A stretch of DNA of 34,574 bases, taken from the NCBI GenBank assembly GCA_040754655.1, contig JBFMCE010000042.1:1-34574 (forward strand), written 5' to 3'. The stretch comes from Bdellovibrionota bacterium (GTDB taxonomy: Bacteria; Bdellovibrionota; UBA1018; UBA923). Position 1 is the first letter of the stretch; every line of letters begins with the position of its first letter. Under the pieces are notes generated by a model. The model was not told where the DNA came from and ran no database searches. It was given only the letters and a program-made list of their open reading frames with translations. Of this stretch, positions 28,261-34,574 are shown piece after piece. A program made the position numbers and the translations under genes.

Positions 28261-29058
28261 GTGAATGTCATGGAAGTCTTGGATCTTGGTATAAAAAGTT
28301 ACGAAGAAGTTTGGAATCTTCAAAAAGAGCTGGTTGAAAAACGCGCACAAGACCTCATCGCAGATACTCTGATCCTTGTTGAACATCTACCGGTGTATAC
28401 CGTGGGTCGGGCAGGCATTGCTCCTCTCTCAGATGACACTCCAAGCGTAGGACAAGATGCGCCTACTGAGATTAAAGTAAGGAAATTAGGCTCGGTTCCC
28501 GTGACCGAGATTGAACGCGGGGGCAAACTCACGTTCCATGGGCCTGGGCAGCTTGTAGGCTATCCGATTTTCAAACTTGGCCACCGTGATCTGAGGAAAT
28601 ATCTCCGTGACCTTGAACGGGTATTGATGTCGGTGTTGATTCAAGAGACTTTGCTTCCGGCCAGGCCTTGCCCTGAAACCTTGCTGCTTGAACCGGGTCA
28701 GTTGCAAACTGGGGTTTGGATCCAAGACAGGAAGATCGCGAGCATCGGCATCGCAGTGAAGCATTGGGTTGCCTACCACGGCTTTGCCTTGAACTTGAAA
28801 ACGGATTTGCGTTACTTCGAAGCTGTTGAACCTTGCGGGTTCAGCGGGTCGATCATGACCACGCTTGAGCGGCAACTTGGCGCGGATGCGGATATCCCGG
28901 CGCTCACCTCTCGAATCAAGGCAGCGCTCATCGCGCGTTTTGACGAGCTCTCAAAAAGTTATGGCGAGTGGAATACGGCCACTGAAACCCTGGTTGCTGC
29001 TGCGCCCCTTGTTGACGTCGCCGTGCCAATGGCTTCCTCTGATTCCAGTCCCGCTTAA
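28261..29058 (+). CDS. lipB: Lipoyl(octanoyl) transferase
   Basis: EHLPVYTVG, RGGKLTFHGPGQLVGYPI, KIASIG, HGFALN, PCG. Confidence 0.93.
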   Translation: MNVMEVLDLGIKSYEEVWNLQKELVEKRAQDLIADTLILVEHLPVYTVGRAGIAPLSDDTPSVGQDAPTEIKVRKLGSVPVTEIERGGKLTFHGPGQLVGYPIFKLGHRDLRKYLRDLERVLMSVLIQETLLPARPCPETLLLEPGQLQTGVWIQDRKIASIGIAVKHWVAYHGFALNLKTDLRYFEAVEPCGFSGSIMTTLERQLGADADIPALTSRIKAALIARFDELSKSYGEWNTATETLVAAAPLVDVAVPMASSDSSPA

Positions 29059-29837
29059 AGCGTCATATCCTCGTCGACGCTGGTAGCCTCTTTGATCTGT
29101 TTCTTGTAATGAGAGAAAGTAAAGCTTTCCTCTAAGACTTCGAGATCGACGGGGATTAGCAGTTGATTTCGAAAAAGCCTTAGTGCGTTTAGTTTGGGCT
29201 CGTCGAACTTCATCGCAGAGAGCAGGCGGCGCATCTGTTTTGAATCCAGAAAAATTTTTTCATTGGTGTGGCTGGCCAGATAATCTTTCGCCGCCTTGAA
29301 TTGATCTGCCTTGAACGGGCGCTCTTGGATGGCTTGGATGAGATCAGAAAGATCAATTTGCGATCCGTTCAAGAAAAAAGCGGTATTGAATTCTCTAACC
29401 GGAACCGCCAAGGTAAGCACCTCTAGGCAAGGACTGCGCACGATTTTGAATTCGCCTTCCTGATCAGTCACTGCATCACACGAAATGCCGGGAATGCTGA
29501 GAGCGACATCATCGTGTTTTGAAAGATTGGCGTCAATCGACTCTTCGATGCGTTGAGCCACTGACTTCGTATAGCGTCTCAGAGAAGCATTGTCAGGTGC
29601 AAGAACCTGCATCGACAATGTGAACCCAGACCCGCTCTCGATCAAATGCACTTTGTGGACTTTCGCGCGCAACGCGACGGCGGCAATCGTTTCTTCTGAA
29701 AAACTGACCGACACTGTTCGAGCAACGGCTTTATACGATTTGGGCGCAAGACTGTCTTCTTGTCTGGTTTCGCAGCCAGAAAAGGAAATCGCGCCAAGGG
29801 TTAAAATTAGGGCGAACAACCACTGTGTTTTCAACAT
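29055..29837 (-). CDS. Lipoprotein with DUF4476-like C-terminal domain
   Basis: Lipobox FSG-C; C-terminal Q...LL..MKFDEPKL.AL...FTFS pattern. Confidence 0.6.
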   Translation of the reverse strand: MLKTQWLFALILTLGAISFSGCETRQEDSLAPKSYKAVARTVSVSFSEETIAAVALRAKVHKVHLIESGSGFTLSMQVLAPDNASLRRYTKSVAQRIEESIDANLSKHDDVALSIPGISCDAVTDQEGEFKIVRSPCLEVLTLAVPVREFNTAFFLNGSQIDLSDLIQAIQERPFKADQFKAAKDYLASHTNEKIFLDSKQMRRLLSAMKFDEPKLNALRLFRNQLLIPVDLEVLEESFTFSHYKKQIKEATSVDEDMTL

Positions 29838-29939
29838 ATCGCCTCAAAAGCAAAGACATAATACGCCTTTATTCTGACTAAATCAATCTGTTATTTGTGA
29901 TTCAATTCCAATTATTTCAACAAGTTACACGGGCCAAAC

Positions 29940-29957
29940 TACTGGTATATACTGGTA
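29940..29957. promoter_or_regulatory. Candidate operator: TACTGGTA-TA-TACTGGTA
   Basis: Perfect 8-bp direct repeat with 10-bp period, immediately before the AAGGAG RBS. Confidence 0.4.
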
Positions 29958-29970
29958 TTAAGGAGAACAC

Positions 29971-30975
29971 ATGAAGCCGCTTTCGCTTTATGACGAAGAG
30001 TCGCTCATAAAAATGGTCGAATTGCAGAAGGCGACCCAGTGGGATCTCGAGAAGGCGATTGATTGGCAGCTTCCAATTGACCTGAACAAGCCTCTGGTTC
30101 CTCTTGATGAAAAAGCGCTTTTTTTCCCCGGCGCCGGAAAAGAAGAGCGCCTGGCGATCTCACAGATGATGGGTTTAGTCATCGCGGCGGCGATATGCGA
30201 GATGGAGGAGAGCCTCATCCGCTTGCGATCGGTGGGATGGGATCAGCTTGCGGCGAAGTACCCGGTGAATCCTGAATTCGTCGAACTTGGCGAGCAGTTT
30301 TTCGCAGAAGAAGAAAAACATTCAGAGGCTTTTAGAAGGTATCTTAAGAAATTCGCGGACACGGCTGGCATTGAGTTCGAAGTCTTGCGCGAGGTATTGC
30401 CCGTCATCGAAAGCACCAAGACAGAGTTCATTTTGCGCAAGAACCTTGAATTGGGCGGATATTCTTTTTGGTGGATCGTTGCGCAGGTCGAACAAGAATT
30501 TTTGCTGCTCTACAATGCGCTTGCCCCGTTCAAGCAAAGTCTCGAACCACTCTACTTTGATATTCATCGAAAGCACTTTGAAGAAGAGGCTCGTCACGCT
30601 TCATTCCCGTATTTGCTATTAGAGCTCTTGATTACAAGAAGCACCCATCCCTTGAACCTCGTGCATCAAAAGGCCGATCTGATGGTTTCACAACTCCTGC
30701 AGGCGATGTGGACGGTGAATTCGCTCAGTCGTTTGAAGAAACTTAAGAAAATAAAGCAGAAGCATCCTTTGTTCGACGCTCTGCTTAAGGTTTACCCGCT
30801 CTTTGAGAAACAACCTGTGCACCGCATTTTCTGGGGGCTTTTTACGAGTGTTCCTTACGTGAGTTCTCTGGTAAATCCGTTTTATCACCGCAAGTTTTTG
30901 AAGTTTACCGAGAGGATGGGGGCTTTTTCGATACCATTTCCGGCACCAGAGCCCGCGCCTTTATTGAAAGAATGA
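29971..30975 (+). CDS. Ferritin-like diiron protein (AurF/oxygenase-like)
   Basis: E...EEKH and E...H..EEARH diiron ligand sets. Confidence 0.75.
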   Translation: MKPLSLYDEESLIKMVELQKATQWDLEKAIDWQLPIDLNKPLVPLDEKALFFPGAGKEERLAISQMMGLVIAAAICEMEESLIRLRSVGWDQLAAKYPVNPEFVELGEQFFAEEEKHSEAFRRYLKKFADTAGIEFEVLREVLPVIESTKTEFILRKNLELGGYSFWWIVAQVEQEFLLLYNALAPFKQSLEPLYFDIHRKHFEEEARHASFPYLLLELLITRSTHPLNLVHQKADLMVSQLLQAMWTVNSLSRLKKLKKIKQKHPLFDALLKVYPLFEKQPVHRIFWGLFTSVPYVSSLVNPFYHRKFLKFTERMGAFSIPFPAPEPAPLLKE

Positions 30976-31821
30976 ATGCTAAAGCGCACTAAGATCAGGG
31001 ATTTGACGACAGCATGGCTCGAGGAAGGCCCGCCAAATGTTGAGGGTGATGTCTTTCTTTTCTTGCATGGTTGCCCTGATACCCCGTTTACTTGGAAACA
31101 CCAGCTCGATCGTTTCAGTACGAGTGCACGATGCATAGCGCCTTTTGCGAGAGGGATCGGTGAGAGCGAGGGGAGTCGCGATTCCAAACGCTATTCTTTG
31201 GATGCCATCGCCTTAGACCATCTTGAGATTCTGCGCGAATCCGGCGAGTCACGTGACCAAAGCATCATCGTGGTCGGCCATGATCTTGGCGGCCCTCAAG
31301 CCTGGAACATCGCTCATCTTCTTGGACGGCGTCTCAAAGCTCTGATCACGATCAATGGCCCAGCGGCTTATCAAATGGCTCATCGGGCGAAAAACTTAAG
31401 GCAGCTCGCCAAGAGTTGGTATGCAGGTTTTTTTCAAATTCCCGTGATCTCAGACTCTCTGATTCGGTGGAAGGAAAAGGATCTGATTCGCCTGAGCCAT
31501 CGCGTTGGTGAGAAGGCGCTGGTCGAAGAGAATGCTTCGATCGTCAAGTTTTTGCCTCAATACCGAGAGGGCTTCAAGACCTTGGTACGAATCTATCCAG
31601 CTAAACCTGCGAAAATCGAGGCACCGGTTTTGGTGCTTGCGGGTAGCCGTGATCCGTTCTTAGAGCTGCCGAAGGCCGATGAACTCAAACCCTTGGCGAG
31701 CCAAGTGACGATTCGTGTTTTGGAGGGCGGTCATTGGATTCATGAGAGCATGCCGAAGAAAGTGAATCAATTGATCGAAGGCTTTCTTGGAAAGATTAAA
31801 GAGAAAAAAGATGAAGCATAA
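30976..31821 (+). CDS. Alpha/beta hydrolase, epoxide hydrolase-like
   Basis: HGCPD, GHDLGG (Asp nucleophile), SWY cap Tyr, GGHW. Confidence 0.85.
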   Translation: MLKRTKIRDLTTAWLEEGPPNVEGDVFLFLHGCPDTPFTWKHQLDRFSTSARCIAPFARGIGESEGSRDSKRYSLDAIALDHLEILRESGESRDQSIIVVGHDLGGPQAWNIAHLLGRRLKALITINGPAAYQMAHRAKNLRQLAKSWYAGFFQIPVISDSLIRWKEKDLIRLSHRVGEKALVEENASIVKFLPQYREGFKTLVRIYPAKPAKIEAPVLVLAGSRDPFLELPKADELKPLASQVTIRVLEGGHWIHESMPKKVNQLIEGFLGKIKEKKDEA

Positions 31822-32611
31822 GACTGATGATCTCGAAGCATTCACGAAGACCCAGCGCCTCGCTTATCAGTGCGTCTTGGAAATCAAACGAGAGATTCAA
31901 CCTGGTTGGACGGAGAAACAGACGGCGAGGTTGATGGACGTCTACCTTCAAGACCACGGCGTACGGACCTTCTTTCACCGCTCATTTGCATGGTTTGGCG
32001 ATCGCAGCAGGTTCCAGGGGTTCAAGAATTATTTTGATTTCATGCCTTCAAATCGCAGGCTCGAGCCGACGGATGTCATCATTTTAGATACGGCGCCGAT
32101 CGTTGAAGGTTATCCGGGGGATGTCGGTTATGCGTACTCGGTTGAGCCTCATGAGGGCTTGCAGCTGGCCAAGCGCCGATTGCTCGATTTTCGGAAAAAG
32201 ATCCCATCACTCTTTTCTTCAGAGCGTTCACTTGCAGAAATCTGGCAAGAAATCGACCGCGAACTCCAGGCCCTAGGATACGACAACATCCATTCAATGT
32301 ACCCTTTTTCAGTTCTGGGGCACCAAATGCATCGCATTCCTTTGAGCAAACTTCCAGGACTTACCATTCCCTTTAGTTTGCATAGCTATTGGATGTTCTT
32401 GTCGCGCGGCCTTTTTAAAGAACTTCTAGGCCCTAAAACGCGAGGGGACAAAGCGGGCCTTTGGGCGATAGAGCCTCATATCGGTGGAGCGGGGTTTGGA
32501 GCCAAGTTTGAAGAGATCCTGGTGGTTCGCAAGAAAACTTCGGGTGAAGGCTACGAAGCCTTTTGGATGGACGATGAGGTGCCTCACCTCAAAGAGGCTG
32601 CGCCGGCCTAA
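31811..32611 (+). CDS. M24 family metallopeptidase (single domain)
   Basis: D..D, GH, EPH, FEE metal ligands; ATG 31811 overlaps the upstream gene. Confidence 0.8.
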   Translation: MKHKTDDLEAFTKTQRLAYQCVLEIKREIQPGWTEKQTARLMDVYLQDHGVRTFFHRSFAWFGDRSRFQGFKNYFDFMPSNRRLEPTDVIILDTAPIVEGYPGDVGYAYSVEPHEGLQLAKRRLLDFRKKIPSLFSSERSLAEIWQEIDRELQALGYDNIHSMYPFSVLGHQMHRIPLSKLPGLTIPFSLHSYWMFLSRGLFKELLGPKTRGDKAGLWAIEPHIGGAGFGAKFEEILVVRKKTSGEGYEAFWMDDEVPHLKEAAPA

Positions 32612-32659
32612 GATGAGCCGGCGCCAACGCTGTCTTATTTTACCTAATGAAGGGTCACA

Positions 32660-33112
32660 TTACTTTTCAAACAGCTTTGGCACAATGAACGCGTCAGGAA
32701 TCGGAGGGGGCAGAGCGGTTAGTTTTTGAGGCCCGAGCTCTTGTCCGAGTCGATTCTTATTCAAGACTTCGAGATTGTAATTGAGCGCCGAAAGTAGGGG
32801 AGTGATGTCGAGTTCACCATAGATCTTGTTTGATGGAGGCATCAAAAATTTTTCTTTGGCAAGGGTCACCATGCTTTTGGCGCCCGACCAGTTTGCTTTT
32901 CTCAAGTGCACGAAGTGGGCTGCCACTTGTATCAGCCCTTGAACGAAGGTGCGGTCGCGTCCTTGTTCAAGAAGCCAGAGTTGCTCCCAAATCTCATGAG
33001 CTTCGAAAAACTCTTCTCGATTGAAAAGGGTTTGACCTTGCGAGAGCATCGCCACGCGCTTTGCTGGATGCAAGAGAATTGGCGTTTTCTCGCTGTCCCA
33101 AGTGTCGGTCAT
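32660..33112 (-). CDS. DUF309 family protein
   Basis: FN...FFEAHEIWEQLW...QGLIQVAA..H signature. Confidence 0.85.
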   Translation of the reverse strand: MTDTWDSEKTPILLHPAKRVAMLSQGQTLFNREEFFEAHEIWEQLWLLEQGRDRTFVQGLIQVAAHFVHLRKANWSGAKSMVTLAKEKFLMPPSNKIYGELDITPLLSALNYNLEVLNKNRLGQELGPQKLTALPPPIPDAFIVPKLFEK

Positions 33113-33119
33113 GAAACGA

Positions 33120-33719
33120 TTATGCCCTGGGGCGCGAGATTAAGGCCATAAATTCTTGGCGAGTTCTGCGGTCTTCCCGAAATGAACCCAGCATGCTTGA
33201 GGTGATCGTGTAAGAGTTTTGTTTTTCAACGCCTCGCATCATCATGCACAAATGATAAGCTTCGATCACCACGCCGACACCAACGGGATTGAGTGTGCGG
33301 AAGAGGACATCGCTCACTTGGTCTGTCAGGCGCTCTTGCACTTGTAGCCTTCGTGCGTAGCAATTTACGACGCGGGGGATTTTCGAGAGCCCGACGATTT
33401 TTCCGTTTGGGATATAAGCTACATGGGCTTTGCCATAGAACGGCAGTAGATGGTGCTCGCAAAGCGAGAAGACCTCGATGTCTTTGACGATGACCATCTC
33501 GGAATATTTTTCCTCGAACATCGCTTTTTTAATGATCTCTTCAGGGCTGGTTTCATAACCTGAGGTGAGAAACTTCAAAGCTTTCGCATAGCGCTCGGGG
33601 GTCTTTTGCAGGCCCTCGCGTTCAAGGTTTTCTCCTAGGCTTTCAATGATGGTGGCCACTGAATTTCTAAGGCAGCGATCGGTTTCGGCGTCGCAGGCTG
33701 AGGTGTGTTTTGCTTTCAT
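33120..33719 (-). CDS. folE: GTP cyclohydrolase I
   Basis: [30 protein letters not shown]. Confidence 0.97.
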   Translation of the reverse strand: MKAKHTSACDAETDRCLRNSVATIIESLGENLEREGLQKTPERYAKALKFLTSGYETSPEEIIKKAMFEEKYSEMVIVKDIEVFSLCEHHLLPFYGKAHVAYIPNGKIVGLSKIPRVVNCYARRLQVQERLTDQVSDVLFRTLNPVGVGVVIEAYHLCMMMRGVEKQNSYTITSSMLGSFREDRRTRQEFMALISRPRA

Positions 33720-33822
33720 GAAACTAAAGAGGCTCCTTTTTGCTTTGTGGGAGTGTTTCTATCAGCTTCTGGTACAATAGTAAATCAGCCATGAGCAAGG
33801 AGTCGGTCGTAGGGGAAAATGC

Positions 33823-34101
33823 ATGATGGGCGGTGGGTCAAGTTCTGGGGCTGGCGACGCTTCCAATCCGGGTTCCGGCAGTGGCGGCGGGATCTCACCA
33901 GATGAGATGTTGATTTGTTTTTGCCATGGAATCACCGAAGCTGAGATCCGGGCCGCGATCAAAGAAGGTGCGCGCACCGTCGCTGAGATTCAAGCAAAAA
34001 CATTGGCCAGTACGGGTTGCGGAGGCTGCATGCCCGAGGTCGAACGCATTCTGGAAGAAGTTCTTGGCTCTGGTGCTGGCAAGAAGCCCGCGACGGATTG
34101 A
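33823..34101 (+). CDS. BFD-like [2Fe-2S]-binding protein
   Basis: ICFC...TGCGGC; Gly/Ser-rich N-terminal extension. Confidence 0.85.
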   Translation: MMGGGSSSGAGDASNPGSGSGGGISPDEMLICFCHGITEAEIRAAIKEGARTVAEIQAKTLASTGCGGCMPEVERILEEVLGSGAGKKPATD

Positions 34102-34406
34102 AGACGTAATCCGTAATCCGATTCGGGGCCGCAACTCTACCGCACTCTATATACTTAAAAAAGCTGAATTGTTTTGGTCGGAGTACTCGGCACGTGCCGA
34201 GTGCTGTGCTTAAGTTGACCCGGAAAACTCGGCGCACGCTGAGTTGCGGCTGTGTTTGGTAAAGTAAAGCGATGGGGGGGTGATGGTTTTTTATGCGGGG
34301 GATTGGTGCAAAAACTTTTGATGAAACAAAAGTTTTTACAAAAGTGTTTTTTTGCAGATGGCTCTCTTAGAGATGGTTCTAGAGATGGCGTGGGAACATT
34401 TCTGGA

Positions 34407-34442
34407 ACGGTCGGGGATAGCCCGACGGTCCGGAATAGCCCG
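34407..34442. repeat. 18-bp tandem duplication (ACGGTCGGGGATAGCCCG / ACGGTCCGGAATAGCCCG)
   Basis: 16/18 identity, adjacent copies. Confidence 0.6.
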
Positions 34443-34574
34443 GAAATTTTTTTTGAAAAATTTCCACGTGCACTTGCAAAAATTACTGTCCGCACAAGAG
34501 GACAGATCGCTGGCGTGAGTTTGGTGGCGTGCTTAAAATGACCTCCAAATCTTTTGCTTTACCATCGCCCGGCG

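Noticed and set aside
29940..29957. E. coli-type LexA box
   Set aside because: Does not fit CTG-N10-CAG; it is a direct repeat
34252..34518. 88-aa ORF, or CRISPR-like array
   Set aside because: Low-complexity palindromic DNA; repeats are not identical or regularly spaced, and no cas genes are present

Overview
Bacterial chromosomal window of about 50% GC, most likely from a Bdellovibrionota/Oligoflexia-type organism. That assignment is inferred from the many orphan secreted proteins, a large TadG-like protein and the gene repertoire. Housekeeping genes: uvrA, ahcY, an HD-domain phosphohydrolase, a deoxyhypusine-synthase-like speY, a lipA-E2-lpdA-lipB operon, a PAS-GGDEF cyclase, folE and a BFD-like ferredoxin. 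These are interspersed with orphan secreted proteins, a diiron-protein/hydrolase/M24 operon and a frameshifted Fic fragment. No rRNA, tRNA, CRISPR array or intact mobile element was seen. Two patterns stand out. (1) Two normally cytoplasmic ATP-dependent folds (a sigma54 enhancer-binding AAA+/HTH protein and an ATP-grasp enzyme) and an orphan carry Sec-like signal peptides plus a shared terminal C-x-x-[LI]-L motif, suggesting exported effectors. (2) Three orphan secreted-protein genes each have a sigma54 -24/-12 promoter preceded by the same 17-bp palindromic enhancer-like site (TGYM-N-AA-N3-TT-N-GACA), suggesting a co-regulated sigma54 regulon.
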